DNA of 64,000 bases from Nitrospirota bacterium (GCA_963701855.1 CAVPBK010000006.1:864001-928000); one strand, 5' to 3'. Positions 10,289 to 21,100 are shown, counted from the stretch's first letter. The notes: generated from the sequence alone by a model not told the origin. Numbers and translations are program-made.

Positions 10289-10360
10289 TTGACAGCTCAG
10301 AAACCTGCGTGCTATTCTTAGTCCGACCTTATTGATCGGAGACCATTATAGTCTCCGACC
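10289..10360 (+). promoter_or_regulatory. isc operon promoter with putative Rrf2/IscR operator
   Basis: TTGACA-N18-TATTCT followed by imperfect dyad TAGTCCGACCTTATTGATCGGAGA and a second TAGTCTCCGACC. Confidence 0.5.
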
Positions 10361-10379
10361 GTGGAGATCGGCAATAGCA

Positions 10380-10853
10380 ATGTTGAAGATTTCGAAAAAA
10401 GCAGATTATGCCCTCATGGCCCTTCAGCACATCGCTGCTGTTCAGTTCGGCGACGTAACGCCTGGACGCGTTGTGAATACAAAGGAGATCGCGGAAGAAT
10501 ATAACATCCCCCTCGAGCTGCTGGCCAAAGTGCTCCAGACGCTTGCCAAAAATGCACTGATCGAGAGTCATAATGGTCCCAAGGGAGGATACGTGCTGGC
10601 CCGCCGCGCGCACCAGATTACGATCGCACAAATTCTCGAAAGCATCGAGGGCCCCTTGGGGATCACCGATTGTTCGCACGAGAAAGATGGAGAGTTCTGC
10701 ATGCAGCGAGAAAATTGCCATATCCGCACACCGCTTTTGAAAGTCCAAGACAGCATCGCCCAATTGCTGAATAACATGACCCTGCAAGACATGATGGGTG
10801 GCACACCCCTCATTACGATTCAGTCTCCCGCGGCACAAGGAGTCGAACGATGA
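10380..10853 (+). CDS. iscR: Rrf2-family Fe-S regulator (IscR-like)
   Basis: [15 protein letters not shown], three Cys (DC...FC...NC); heads the isc operon. Confidence 0.85.
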   Translation: MLKISKKADYALMALQHIAAVQFGDVTPGRVVNTKEIAEEYNIPLELLAKVLQTLAKNALIESHNGPKGGYVLARRAHQITIAQILESIEGPLGITDCSHEKDGEFCMQRENCHIRTPLLKVQDSIAQLLNNMTLQDMMGGTPLITIQSPAAQGVER

Positions 10854-12067
10854 AACTGCCGATTTTTTTAGACAACCATTCCACCACACCGATGGATCCA
10901 CGTGTATTGGAGGCCATGCTTCCCTATTTCGTCGAGAAATTTGGGAACGCGGCCAGCCGCAACCATGCCTTCGGATGGGCCGCAGAGGAAGCCGTCGAAC
11001 AGGCCAGGAAGCAAATCGCAAAGCTGATCAAGGCCGATCCGAAAGAGATCGTCTTTACGAGCGGTGCCACGGAATCGGATAATCTCGCGATCAAGGGCGT
11101 GTTGGAAATGTACAAAGAGAAAGGCGACCACATTATTACGTCATCCACCGAACACCGTGCTGTGCTCGATACTGTCAAATCGTTAGAGGGAAAAGGCAAA
11201 GCGGCAGTCACCTATCTCCCCGTCGATAAATTTGGGATGGTGAATCCCGAGGATGTGCGGAAAGCCATTACAGAGAAGACGATCCTCATCTCCATTATGT
11301 TGGCGAACAATGAAATCGGCACGATCAACCCCGTCAAAGAAATCGGTAAGATCGCCAAGGAAAAGGGCATCCTCTTTCACTGCGATGCGACGCAAGGCGT
11401 CGGCAAGATCCCGGTCGATGTGCTGGATATGGGTATCGATCTGATGTCGTTCTCGGCCCATAAGATCTACGGACCCAAGGGGGTTGGGGCCCTCTACGTG
11501 AGAAAAAAGAATCCTCGAGTTCGCATCGCAGCGCAAATGGATGGCGGCGGGCACGAGCGCGGCATGCGCTCTGGAACGCTCCCGGTGCCATTAATTGTTG
11601 GATTCGGCAAGGCCTGCGAACTGTGCGAGGAGGAGATGGCCAAAGACACCGTGCGGTTGATCGCGATGCGCGATCGACTGGAAGCCAGTATCATGAAAGC
11701 CCTCGAAGAAAGCTATCTGAATGGCCACCCGACAAATCGGCTTCCCGGCAACCTCAATATCTCCTTTGCCTATGTGGAAGGCGAGTCGTTGCTGATGGGC
11801 ATGAAGGATATTGCCCTCTCGTCCGGTTCGGCCTGTACCTCGGCCACACTGGAACCCTCCTACGTACTCCGCGCGTTGGGAGTCGGGACAGAGCTGGCAC
11901 ATTCCTCAATCCGTTTCGGTCTGGGCCGTTTCAACACAGACGATGAGATCGACTATACGATCAAGAAAGTGATTGAGATCGTCACCAAGTTGCGTGAAAT
12001 GTCCCCGCTGTACGAGATGGCAAAAGAAGGCGTCGATTTGAAATCAGTCCAATGGGCTGCCCACTGA
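10850..12067 (+). CDS. iscS: Cysteine desulfurase
   Basis: [28 protein letters not shown] and C-terminal SVQWAAH. Confidence 0.97.
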   Translation: MKLPIFLDNHSTTPMDPRVLEAMLPYFVEKFGNAASRNHAFGWAAEEAVEQARKQIAKLIKADPKEIVFTSGATESDNLAIKGVLEMYKEKGDHIITSSTEHRAVLDTVKSLEGKGKAAVTYLPVDKFGMVNPEDVRKAITEKTILISIMLANNEIGTINPVKEIGKIAKEKGILFHCDATQGVGKIPVDVLDMGIDLMSFSAHKIYGPKGVGALYVRKKNPRVRIAAQMDGGGHERGMRSGTLPVPLIVGFGKACELCEEEMAKDTVRLIAMRDRLEASIMKALEESYLNGHPTNRLPGNLNISFAYVEGESLLMGMKDIALSSGSACTSATLEPSYVLRALGVGTELAHSSIRFGLGRFNTDDEIDYTIKKVIEIVTKLREMSPLYEMAKEGVDLKSVQWAAH

Positions 12068-12094
12068 CCCGGATAGTCAAGAGGAGGATGAACC

Positions 12095-12493
12095 ATGGCT
12101 TACAGTGACAAAGTCGTCGATCATTTCAATAACCCCCGTAATATGGGGAGCTTCAAGAAGGACGAGGAAGGGGTCGGCACCGGTATGGTCGGAGCCCCGG
12201 AGTGTGGCAACGTCATGAAGCTTCAAATCAAGGTGCAGAACGATACGATCGTGGACGCGAAGTTCAAAACCTTCGGCTGCGGCTCCGCAATCGCCAGCTC
12301 GAGCCTCGCCACCGAGTGGTTGAAGGGCAAGACCATCGAAGAAGCCCAGAAGATCAAGAACACCGACATCGTGCAGGAGTTGAACCTGCCACCCGTGAAG
12401 ATCCATTGCTCCGTGCTCGCCGAAGATGCAATCAAGGCCGCCCTCGCGGACTACCAAAAGAAAGCTGATGGGGCACTGGTCGACGCGAAGTAA
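12095..12493 (+). CDS. iscU: Fe-S scaffold protein
   Basis: MAYSDKVVDHF, GAPECG, FKTFGCGSAIASSS and LPPVKIHC. Confidence 0.96.
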   Translation: MAYSDKVVDHFNNPRNMGSFKKDEEGVGTGMVGAPECGNVMKLQIKVQNDTIVDAKFKTFGCGSAIASSSLATEWLKGKTIEEAQKIKNTDIVQELNLPPVKIHCSVLAEDAIKAALADYQKKADGALVDAK

Positions 12494-12514
12494 CGCGAAC
12501 AAAGGGAGTGCGCT

Positions 12515-12871
12515 ATGGATACGACGAACGCGGAAATTCAAGCTCCGGTGATTACGCTTAGCGAGGCGGCACTGAAGGAAGTGAAACGGCTCATCAACGT
12601 GCAGGGCCTCACGGAAGGGGGGCTCCGACTTGGCGTGAAGGGCGGCGGCTGCTCAGGCCTCAGCTACACGATCAACTTCGATGAAAAGATCGGGCCGCAC
12701 GACCAGATCCATGACTTCGATGGCGTGAAGGTCATTGTCGACGCCAAGAGCGCAATCTACCTTCAAGGCACGCAGTTGGATTTCCAAAAAGACCTGATGG
12801 GCGGCAACTTCAAATTCGTCAATCCGAATGCCGACAAGACCTGTGGTTGCGGAGAGTCCTTCTCAGCATAA
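12515..12871 (+). CDS. iscA: Fe-S carrier (A-type)
   Basis: GGGCSGLSY and TCGCGESF. Confidence 0.95.
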   Translation: MDTTNAEIQAPVITLSEAALKEVKRLINVQGLTEGGLRLGVKGGGCSGLSYTINFDEKIGPHDQIHDFDGVKVIVDAKSAIYLQGTQLDFQKDLMGGNFKFVNPNADKTCGCGESFSA

Positions 12872-12948
12872 CGAGTGTCAACAGAGCATTGTGACCGTCC
12901 ACGGGCATGGCAGGTTGCCATGCCCGTCTTGTCAGAAGAGGTAGCGAG

Positions 12949-13665
12949 ATGGACCATCAACACACCCACAGCGCAAGCCATCGAGAGCTGCAGATGGCTC
13001 GCAGCATGTGCTGGCACTGCCAGTCTGAAGTATCCGGTGAGTACTTCTGTGACCGGTGCGTCAAGGTCCAGCCGGTTTCAAAAGAACTCGATTACTTCAC
13101 CTGCATGGGCTTCCCCCGCCGCCTCACAATCGATCCGCGTCAACTGGAAGCCAAGTTCTACGAATTGAGCCGCGCATTCCACCCTGATTTTTTTCAGAAT
13201 AAGAGCGCGGAAGAACAGGCCATCAGCCTCGGCAATTCAGCGATGTTGAACACCGCCTACCGCACGCTTCGCGATCCAATTCAACGGGCCGAGTATCTAC
13301 TGGACCTGGAGGCCGGCGCCGTGAAAGACATTCGGACTTCACCCCCGGCGGACCTGTTCGAGGAAATCCTCGAACTTCAAGACACGCTGGACGAGTACCG
13401 CGCTGCCGATCGTGCCTCAGACACCGCAGCCACACTCTGCGCTAAACTTCAGGCGGAACGCACGACGCTCGAACGGCGCCAACAGGACATGGAGACCGAT
13501 TTACAACAGCTCTGCACACAATGGGACGCTCTCCAAGACCGCAGCGAAGCGACTGACCAAACTCGCGCCGAACGCGATCGGATTCTCAAGCACATGCGAG
13601 ACATCTTGTCGAATCGCACCTACGTGAAGAACATCGTCAACGACCTCGTCGCCACCATCTCCTAA
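12949..13665 (+). CDS. hscB: Fe-S co-chaperone with N-terminal zinc knuckle
   Basis: J-domain HPD, LNTAYRTLRDPIQRAEYLL and N-terminal CWHC...CDRC. Confidence 0.92.
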   Translation: MDHQHTHSASHRELQMARSMCWHCQSEVSGEYFCDRCVKVQPVSKELDYFTCMGFPRRLTIDPRQLEAKFYELSRAFHPDFFQNKSAEEQAISLGNSAMLNTAYRTLRDPIQRAEYLLDLEAGAVKDIRTSPPADLFEEILELQDTLDEYRAADRASDTAATLCAKLQAERTTLERRQQDMETDLQQLCTQWDALQDRSEATDQTRAERDRILKHMRDILSNRTYVKNIVNDLVATIS

Positions 13666-13670
13666 TTACT

Positions 13671-15491
13671 ATGGCTCGTATCGTCGGCATCGACCTCGGC
13701 ACGACCAATTCATTGGTCGCCTATATGGACAGGGGAACCCCGCGCGTGATCGCGGGGCGGAACGAGCGTAATATGGTGCCCTCCGTCGTTGCCATGACCG
13801 ACAACGGTCTCATCGTCGGCGACTCCGCCAAAGAGCACCTGACCCGCAATCCCGCCCGCACAGTCTATTCCGTGAAACGTTTCATGGGTAAGAGCCTGGC
13901 CGATGTGCAAAGTGAGCTCGCCTACTTTCCCTATACATTAACAGAACAGGGCGGGGTGATCCGCTTCAAACTCGGCGAGAAAACCTATTCACCGCCGCAG
14001 ATTTCAGCCATGATTCTCAAAGAGCTGAAACTCAGGGCCGAAATGCACTTGAGCGAAAGCATTACCAAGGCTGTCATCACTGTCCCGGCCTATTTCAACG
14101 ACAGCCAGCGACAAGCCACTAAAGACGCCGGCATGATCGCCGGTCTTGAGGTGCTGCGGATCATTAATGAACCGACAGCCGCCTCGCTCGCCTATGGGCT
14201 CCAAGAAAAGACTCAGGGCACGATCGCCGTTTACGATCTTGGAGGCGGCACCTTCGACATTTCGATTTTGAAGCTGAAGGACGGGATTTTCGAAGTCTTG
14301 GCCACCAACGGCGACACCCATCTGGGTGGCGACGACTTCGACCGGCTGATCGCCGATCTGTTCCTGGAAGAAATTCGTGAACGACATGGCCTCGATCTCC
14401 ACACCTATCCCGACCATATGCAGGCCGTCCGCTTGGAAGCCGAACGCACAAAGATTCGACTCTCTGATGTGCTGAAAACAACGGCAACTCTCGACCTGCC
14501 TGACGGCAAAGGGAGATTTACAAGGGAGCTGACGAGAGATCAGCTCGAATCCCTGGCGATGAGCCTGATCGAACGCACGCTGGCTCCCTGCCGCAAGGCG
14601 CTCAAAGACTCAGAACTCACTCCCGAGCACATTGATGAAGTGGTGCTTGTCGGAGGGTCCACACGCATGCCGCTCGTTCGACAACGTGTTCAGGAATTGT
14701 TCGGGAAGACACCGCACTGCGAGCTGAATCCAGATGAAGTTGTGGCACTCGGCGCGGCCGTGCAAGCCGATATTTTGAGCGGCGGCACTACCGACATGCT
14801 GTTGCTGGACGTCACCCCCTTATCACTCGGCATCGAAACGATGGGCGGCGTGATGAGCAGCGTGATCCGACGAAATACGACCATTCCAGCCGGCGCAAAA
14901 GAGATGTTCACAACTTACGTGGACGGCCAAACCGGTGTGGATATTCACATTCTTCAAGGCGAGCGTGAGCTAGCAAAAGACAATCGAAGCCTGGCGCGAT
15001 TCAGGCTCAAGGTGCCGCCCTTGCCCGCTGGTGTGCCACGTATCGAAGTTACGTTCTTGATTGATGCAAACGGCATTCTCAACGTACTGGCGAAGGACAT
15101 GCGGACGGGGCAAAGCCAGTCTATCGAGGTCAAGCCGTCCTATGGTTTGTCGGACAGTGAAGTGGAGCAAATGATCGAAGATTCATTCAAGTTTGCAACG
15201 GATGATGTCTCCGCCCGCAAGTTGATCGAAGCGCGACTGGATGCCGGTGCAATGATTACGGCGACAGAGAAATCTCTCCTGGAGGGAGGCCACCTCATCG
15301 CATCAGACAACATTGCCGCCACTCGTACCGCACTGGCGGCTCTGTCCGTTGCCAAAGACGGCACAGATCCGCGCGCCATCCGTGCACGCATGGCGGATCT
15401 CGAACAAGTCGCAAAGCCTCTGACCGTCGCGCTCTTGAACGATTCACTCACGAAAGGGCTGCAGGGGAAAAAGGTCTCTGAGGTCACGTAG
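13671..15491 (+). CDS. hscA: Fe-S chaperone (Hsp70 family)
   Basis: [36 protein letters not shown]; isc context. Confidence 0.93.
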   Translation: MARIVGIDLGTTNSLVAYMDRGTPRVIAGRNERNMVPSVVAMTDNGLIVGDSAKEHLTRNPARTVYSVKRFMGKSLADVQSELAYFPYTLTEQGGVIRFKLGEKTYSPPQISAMILKELKLRAEMHLSESITKAVITVPAYFNDSQRQATKDAGMIAGLEVLRIINEPTAASLAYGLQEKTQGTIAVYDLGGGTFDISILKLKDGIFEVLATNGDTHLGGDDFDRLIADLFLEEIRERHGLDLHTYPDHMQAVRLEAERTKIRLSDVLKTTATLDLPDGKGRFTRELTRDQLESLAMSLIERTLAPCRKALKDSELTPEHIDEVVLVGGSTRMPLVRQRVQELFGKTPHCELNPDEVVALGAAVQADILSGGTTDMLLLDVTPLSLGIETMGGVMSSVIRRNTTIPAGAKEMFTTYVDGQTGVDIHILQGERELAKDNRSLARFRLKVPPLPAGVPRIEVTFLIDANGILNVLAKDMRTGQSQSIEVKPSYGLSDSEVEQMIEDSFKFATDDVSARKLIEARLDAGAMITATEKSLLEGGHLIASDNIAATRTALAALSVAKDGTDPRAIRARMADLEQVAKPLTVALLNDSLTKGLQGKKVSEVT

Positions 15492-15546
15492 CGACGATCC
15501 CGTACCGATGCCGTGGACGACTTACGACGGAACATGAGGAGTGAAT

Positions 15547-15759
15547 ATGGATCTGAAGTGGCAGGATACTGAAGATATTGCTATCCGTTTGGTCGAAGAA
15601 CATCCTGAGATGGACCCGCTCACGGTCCGATTCACTGACATGCACGCCTGGATCGTGGCGCTCCCCGACTTCAAGGACGATCCAAAAAAATCGAACGAGA
15701 AAATCCTCGAAGCGATCCAAATGGCCTGGCACGAAGAATACCAGGATTCGAAATCCTGA
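15547..15759 (+). CDS. iscX: Fe-S assembly protein IscX
   Basis: LKWQD..DIA..L.EEHP..DPLTVRFTDMH.WI..L.DF.DDP..SNEKILEAIQMAW. Confidence 0.93.
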   Translation: MDLKWQDTEDIAIRLVEEHPEMDPLTVRFTDMHAWIVALPDFKDDPKKSNEKILEAIQMAWHEEYQDSKS

Positions 15760-16013
15760 TTTGTTGAACTTCCCACCTCGAAGTTATACTGAATTGCTGA
15801 TGCATCCACCAATAGTGCTTCAGCAACCTGCGAGCATCCTACAACCTGTAACCCATTGTAATTCCAGTGCAATTAATCGTGGTCCGATGTGACAGGCGAG
15901 GGAGCAGCCCTCTCCGCAGAACCAGGGTTCCCCCTCCCTTTGGGGCATTGTGGAACAACAGAGGATTCGGCGATAAATAGGGCCGATTTGATGATTGAGC
16001 TGGAGCTTCTCCG

Positions 16014-16238
16014 ATGTCAAAAATCTTGAACCTGAGCGCGCACACGAGTGACGATGAATTGCAGCACATCACGAACTTGCTGCTCTTTCACCTGGTTGAG
16101 CGATGTGGCGGACAGATTCAGTTTAAGATGGAGGATGCCCATCGGGTTCGTGAAAGCCTGACGACCAAGATGGTGCAAATGCAGGTGGGAGAAGAGGTAC
16201 GGTTGAGAATTATCGATCGCCTGCCGGAACTTTCCTAA
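16014..16238 (+). CDS. Small hypothetical protein
   Basis: 74-aa ORF with SD GGAG upstream. Confidence 0.65.
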   Translation: MSKILNLSAHTSDDELQHITNLLLFHLVERCGGQIQFKMEDAHRVRESLTTKMVQMQVGEEVRLRIIDRLPELS

Positions 16239-16290
16239 ACTTCCAATCGACTTCAGTTATCGTTCTGCCTAGCCACAGGCGCGTGCTCCA

Positions 16291-16417
16291 GCAGGATGCT
16301 GAAAAATTCCGCCAGCGGCGTTCTCGCTTCGCTCAGAAGCTCAACGTACCGAAGCGTACGGCCCTTCGCCTCTTCGCTCGTTGCGGCCTTGCTGGACGGC
16401 CTTTTTGAGCATCCTGC
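16291..16417. repeat. MITE-like repeat, copy with both terminal inverted repeats
   Basis: GCAGGATGCTGAAAAA...TTTTTGAGCATCCTGC; related copies elsewhere in the window. Confidence 0.8.
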
Positions 16418-16722
16418 GCGGTGTTCTTCTGTTGCCCTAGATGTGAGGGCCATTGAACTTCTACCGTGCCACAGAGGATGACCGCCGCCGTACCTGTCGG
16501 ATTGATCCCCCGATCTCTGCCGGGCGGAATCCTTCGGACTCCCTAGCGACTCGGTCAGTTTCCGTGTTCCTTCGTGACAGAGCCTCGATAGGTCCCCGTT
16601 CCCTTCATAACATCGTGCAGGCAAGCAACCAGCTGCTTGTTGCTCAGAGATGGTATATGAAAGAATGGCTGGGCTGGCCAGTTAGATACGATTGAGTATT
16701 CAGGCCTTACTGGAGGTGAGCC

Positions 16723-17763
16723 ATGAGAGTTTCGGTAAGTTCCTCAGAAGTAAATGAAGGGTTATCTAAACTGCACAAGTACCTGAAAAGTGGACTTGGG
16801 AGTCCCGTTATGCAGATGTGGAACTTCCCAGGGGGAGGTGGTGAGAAGTTGCCAACTTGGCACAGAAAGGGAAGCGATCCTCTGACTGTGGCAATCGGCT
16901 CCAATAAAATCTGGAAAACTCGCACGCCAATTTTAATCTCACGAAAACCCCTCAAGTCTGTAATGGTGCCAGATGTCGAAGTCAATATTCCTACGGCTAA
17001 TAGAAATCCTAATCGCAGCGTAAACGGTTGCTTCTGTATAGCAGGTCCCGGTTCATTTGTTTTATGTCATCGAGGCAACGGATTTACCATCGCCAAGAGC
17101 AGGATACCGAAGGACAGGGTCCATGAACATTTTGAAAAATGGCGAGTGAAGATTCAGGATTCAGAAGTCGAATCCTGGGTGATTCCGGTTGGACCAGTAA
17201 ACTCTGACATTGTAGATCAACTCTCAACGTTTACAGATGAGGTGCTTGGTCTTAAGGAAAGCTGGACCGGGCAAAGTCGGGGAGCCAATGCAACGCACCG
17301 CTGGAGAGATAAACTACGTTTTCCAAAAAAGATTGAAAGAATAGTAACCGCTTCAAGTATCTCACAGGAGTATCGCCATGGACCGATCCAGGCTGCGCTA
17401 AAAAGAAAACTTCTTGAAGTTTTGGACCGGAGTCGTTGCCGAGTTGTATTAGACAACAAAATTGATTTAGGGATACTCCAAGGCAACAAATTGGTTTCGA
17501 TATTCGAGATAAAGACAGACCTGGGCGATCAACTCTATGCGGGGATCGGTCAATTGATTGTCTATCGACATTACTTTGGGAACACAGAGACGAGGCTATT
17601 CCTAGTTGTTCCTGCAGATGTTAGGAAAACCGGCGATCTCTCCGAGGTCGAAACTCTTCTCGGCAAGGTGGGAATCAACTGTTTGATCCGCGACGGCAAT
17701 AACATTTATCAGGTCAATGGCAAGTCATTGGTTAATGCACTCTCAAAGCAATGGCTTAAGTAG
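16723..17763 (+). CDS. AT-rich hypothetical protein with C-terminal PD-(D/E)xK nuclease-like domain
   Basis: IDLGIL...IFEIKT...YAGIGQLIVY; SD GGAGG; visibly lower GC than neighbours. Confidence 0.7.
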   Translation: MRVSVSSSEVNEGLSKLHKYLKSGLGSPVMQMWNFPGGGGEKLPTWHRKGSDPLTVAIGSNKIWKTRTPILISRKPLKSVMVPDVEVNIPTANRNPNRSVNGCFCIAGPGSFVLCHRGNGFTIAKSRIPKDRVHEHFEKWRVKIQDSEVESWVIPVGPVNSDIVDQLSTFTDEVLGLKESWTGQSRGANATHRWRDKLRFPKKIERIVTASSISQEYRHGPIQAALKRKLLEVLDRSRCRVVLDNKIDLGILQGNKLVSIFEIKTDLGDQLYAGIGQLIVYRHYFGNTETRLFLVVPADVRKTGDLSEVETLLGKVGINCLIRDGNNIYQVNGKSLVNALSKQWLK

Positions 17764-17789
17764 GATAACGGGGAAAGGCTGACATTTTA

Positions 17790-18200
17790 GTGTTGCACAT
17801 CTCATCACACGTCACCATACCCGACTCTGAGATCGACATCCATGCGATGCGTTCTCAGGGTGCCGGTGGACAGAACGTGAACAAAGTCTCGTCCGCGATT
17901 CATTTACAGTTCGATATTTCTGGCTCGTCATTGCCTCCGTTCTATAAGGAAGAATTGTTGAAATTAAAAGATCACCGCATCTCAGAAGAGGGCGTAATCA
18001 CCATTAAGGCCCAGCAGTATCGGAGCCAGGAGCAGAATCGAGAAGATGCACTCACACGATTGATCGAACTCATTCGGAGCGTGGCTATCCCGCGCAAGAA
18101 GCGCAGAGCCACGAAGCCGACGAAGGGTTCGAAGCAACGGCGGTTGGAGAGTAAGACGAAGCGGGGGAAGTTAAAAACCCTCAGGCGAACGCTGGAGTAG
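17790..18200 (+). CDS. arfB: Alternative ribosome rescue factor B
   Basis: RSQGAGGQNVNK, RSQEQNREDA and basic tail RRATKPTKGSKQRRL. Confidence 0.95.
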   Translation: MLHISSHVTIPDSEIDIHAMRSQGAGGQNVNKVSSAIHLQFDISGSSLPPFYKEELLKLKDHRISEEGVITIKAQQYRSQEQNREDALTRLIELIRSVAIPRKKRRATKPTKGSKQRRLESKTKRGKLKTLRRTLE

Positions 18201-18208
18201 GGTAGGGG

Positions 18209-18301
18209 CGTCAATCGTCATTCGTTAAACGGGAAGAAACCGATGATTTTTTGTGCTGTTGCTGTACTGCGATTGACGGATGACGATTGACGTTATGACG
18301 A
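18209..18301. repeat. Heptamer tandem repeats in inverted arrangement
   Basis: CGTCAAT-CGTCATT-CGTTAAA versus GATGACGATTGACG, between convergent arfB and fabI. Confidence 0.6.
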
Positions 18302-18302
18302 A

Positions 18303-19082
18303 TCACTCGACCGACGCGAGCGACCCCAGGATATGATATCCTCCATCCACGTAGATCACCTCGCCGGTAATTCCACGTCCTAGCGGGCTGACCAAAAATA
18401 ATGCCGTGTCGCCGACTTCGCCTTGCTCCGTTGCGCGCCGGAGCGGTGCGAACTCTCGGTGGTGATCCACCATCTTGCTGATGCCGGAGACGCCACGGGC
18501 GGCGAGGGTTTTGATGGGGCCGGCAGAGATGGCATTCACCCGGATGTTTTTTGGGCCGAGGTCGTAAGCCAGATAACGGACGGTTGCTTCGAGCGCTGCC
18601 TTGGCAACCCCCATGACGTTGTAGTGAGGCACGACCCGCTCCGCTCCGAGGTAGGTCAGCGTGACGACGGAGCCGCCGTCGGTCATCAACGGCAGGGCCG
18701 CTTTCGTCACGGCAACGAGCGAATAGGCGCTGACATCCAAGGCCATCGCGAAACCCTGGCGGGAGGTATTGACGAACTGGCCTGTGAGTTCTTCGCGCGG
18801 CGCGAAAGCCACCGAATGAACCAGAAAGTCGAGCGTGCCGACTTCTTTTTGTACGTTTTGCATCAGGGCGGCAATCTGGGCGTCGTCTCCGACATCGCAT
18901 GGAAAGGATTTCGCACCAGACATGGTGGCAACAAGCTCCTCAACGTTTTCTCTTAATCGCTCGTTCTGATAGTTGAAGATAAGTTGTGCCCCTTGGCTTG
19001 CTGCTGATTGCGCAATGGCCCAGGCGATGCTGTGTTTATTCGCTACGCCGATGATGAGCCCCTTTTTACCGTCAAGCAACAT
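18303..19082 (-). CDS. fabI: Enoyl-ACP reductase
   Basis: GVANKHSIAWAIA, YNVMGVAKAALE and NAISAGPIKTLAA. Confidence 0.96.
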   Translation of the reverse strand: MLLDGKKGLIIGVANKHSIAWAIAQSAASQGAQLIFNYQNERLRENVEELVATMSGAKSFPCDVGDDAQIAALMQNVQKEVGTLDFLVHSVAFAPREELTGQFVNTSRQGFAMALDVSAYSLVAVTKAALPLMTDGGSVVTLTYLGAERVVPHYNVMGVAKAALEATVRYLAYDLGPKNIRVNAISAGPIKTLAARGVSGISKMVDHHREFAPLRRATEQGEVGDTALFLVSPLGRGITGEVIYVDGGYHILGSLASVE

Positions 19083-19226
19083 GGTATGCCCCTGGTAGGA
19101 TGGTGAAAAACCTAACCGTGTATCTCATGAAGCGCACAGTAGAAGAAGAGACGAGTACGCACCCTGCTTGGGGGCTGAAGATAGCATGGTTTAATACCTG
19201 GCGCCAGGAGGACAGTGGGAGAGAGA

Positions 19227-19868
19227 CTAATTTGCTTTGGTGGCGTTGGTCCGGAGCTGAGCCAATACTTTTGCCGCTTCAGGCGCGAAATCATCAAAAC
19301 GTTGGGCTTGAGCGATATCCAACGCTTCGGAGGCGAGGGAGAGGGCCTCACTGTGGCGACCATCGGCACAATAGCTCTTGGCCAGGCTGAGCCTAGCATT
19401 AACCGACTGCGGTGATTTCAGAAGTACATACCGGAGTAGTTTCTCGCCCTTTTCTCTGTCCCCACCAAGCAGGGAAGGAAGTCTGAGAAGGAAAGTCCCT
19501 TTAGCCGACATGGCGTCAAGATGATCAGGGGCGAGTTCCAGTGTCCGGTCAAGCTCTTTCGTCACGCGGCGGAAGCTCAGCATCGATGTGATGTTCAATT
19601 CCCCATCGACCCTCATTAATTCGCCCAAATTACAAAACAGGGCGAAGTGGGCATCGGCAGATCGATCGTCCAAAGCCACCGCCTGCTCTCCCAGGGCCTG
19701 GCCTTTCTCAAAATGGCCGACTCGGCTGGCTCGGTCTTGAGCGACACGGCCCTCGTAGCACTCCGTCATCGCTCTATTGGTCAATACCTGAGATGATTGC
19801 TGGGCCAAGAGGGCATTGGGGGCTGCCAGGGCCAAGCAGCCAAACAGAGCAAGGAGTGTATACTTCAT
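19227..19868 (-). CDS. Secreted TPR-like helical protein
   Basis: Signal peptide, helical repeats and LPSLLGGDREKG motif. Confidence 0.7.
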   Translation of the reverse strand: MKYTLLALFGCLALAAPNALLAQQSSQVLTNRAMTECYEGRVAQDRASRVGHFEKGQALGEQAVALDDRSADAHFALFCNLGELMRVDGELNITSMLSFRRVTKELDRTLELAPDHLDAMSAKGTFLLRLPSLLGGDREKGEKLLRYVLLKSPQSVNARLSLAKSYCADGRHSEALSLASEALDIAQAQRFDDFAPEAAKVLAQLRTNATKAN

Positions 19869-19980
19869 CTTTCTCTACCAGTTAAAGGGGAACCTACAAG
19901 CGGAACCTGCGAGATTCAGCGCTCCATATACCAAATGCCAGTTCACAGTGGCGGGTATATCATAGCTTGTGAGAAATTTG

Positions 19981-20592
19981 CTACAGCTGGCTCTGGGAGC
20001 CTGCCGAGATCACTCCCTTCCTCGCACCCTGAACAGGCTTGTTTGTCGCATTGCGCAGGGCGCGGAACGCCCTGAGCATGGTTCGATATGAATAATGGGC
20101 ATTCCGACCGCTGGGATTTGGCAAGACAAAGACAGGGCAGCCAGCCAAGGTCTCGGCCTGCAGCCCAAGACTGACCTGTCCGGTCCGGTATTCTAGGAAT
20201 AACGCACGATAGATCGTGACTCCAAGCAGGGCAACTGTGTGAGGGTAATAGTGTTTTACTGTGGCGATGAGCCTCTTCCTGCCAGCTATATATTCTCGCG
20301 GCTTGAGCACATCGATCCCTACACTGGGCCGTTGGATGATGTTTGTCAGGCCAAGCCCCCAATCCGGAAGACGCCAATCGTCTTGGTGCGTAAATAGCTC
20401 TGGCGTGAGCTTCGACTCAAACAAGAGTCTCCAGAAACGGTTCGAGTACCCGGCAAAATGATGTCCAGTAGCAGCTGAACGAAGGCCCGGATTGATGCCG
20501 ACAAAGAGGATACGGGCTCCTGGCCTAATGTGATCAGTGAGCCATTGGCGAGAGAGAGTCCCTTGTGATGGCCGTATAACGGTTCTCCTCAT
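19981..20592 (-). CDS. mug: G/U mismatch-specific DNA glycosylase
   Basis: ILFVGINPG, GHHFAG..NRFW, GLTN and VLPNPSGRNA; start uncertain. Confidence 0.9.
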   Translation of the reverse strand: MRRTVIRPSQGTLSRQWLTDHIRPGARILFVGINPGLRSAATGHHFAGYSNRFWRLLFESKLTPELFTHQDDWRLPDWGLGLTNIIQRPSVGIDVLKPREYIAGRKRLIATVKHYYPHTVALLGVTIYRALFLEYRTGQVSLGLQAETLAGCPVFVLPNPSGRNAHYSYRTMLRAFRALRNATNKPVQGARKGVISAGSQSQL

Positions 20593-20742
20593 CGATTTTT
20601 CCAAGTTGAGTGCCTGACCTGTCATACCCCGTCTCAACTGGGATATGCCATCCCGGCGTTGAGGCGATTTGGCCAACCTTCAGCAATTTCGCCACAGAAA
20701 AACAAAGGTCAAATCATTGGGGTCTGACCCGAGAAACATGTG

Positions 20743-20799
20743 TAACATATTGATAAATATAATGATACATAGACGCAAACAATACGGCATCAAGCTTGC
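20743..20799 (+). promoter_or_regulatory. sigma54 (-24/-12) promoter with upstream IHF site
   Basis: CGGCATCAAGCTTGC (GG-N10-GC) at 20785-20799; TATCAATATGTTA (WATCAANNNNTTR) on the minus strand at 20743-20755. Confidence 0.65.
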
Positions 20800-20864
20800 T
20801 GTTTACTCTCGGCAAGTGCCGATGAATGGCACAGACTTCAAACATTAACGGAGGGTGATTTATT

Positions 20865-21068
20865 ATGAAGAGCATGTTGATGGCAATCATGGCAGTGGCA
20901 GTGGCAGTGACGTTCAGCGCTCCTTCTTTCGCAGAAGAGAAGAAGAAGGAAGAGAAGAAGGGCGGCCACGTCGTGTCCGCCGAAGAGAAGAAGAAAGACG
21001 AGAAGGGCGGCAAGTACACCGATACGTTCGGCGAAGAGAAGAAGAAAGACGAGAAGGGCGGCAAGTAA
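20865..21068 (+). CDS. Small secreted Glu/Lys-rich repeat peptide
   Basis: SD GGAGGG; signal peptide ending SFA; three EEKKK(E/D)EK..GG(H/K) units. Confidence 0.85.
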   Translation: MKSMLMAIMAVAVAVTFSAPSFAEEKKKEEKKGGHVVSAEEKKKDEKGGKYTDTFGEEKKKDEKGGK

Positions 21069-21100
21069 TCGCCTTTTCTTTTGCGAGGCTAGCTGGCTTA

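Noticed and set aside
16253..16695. ORFs such as MLKNSASGVLASLRSSTY...
   Set aside because: Translations of the MITE-like repeat, not real genes
20935..21067. Direct repeats resembling a mini-CRISPR
   Set aside because: The repeats are in-frame coding units of a signal-peptide protein, spacers are only about 15 nt, and no cas genes are present
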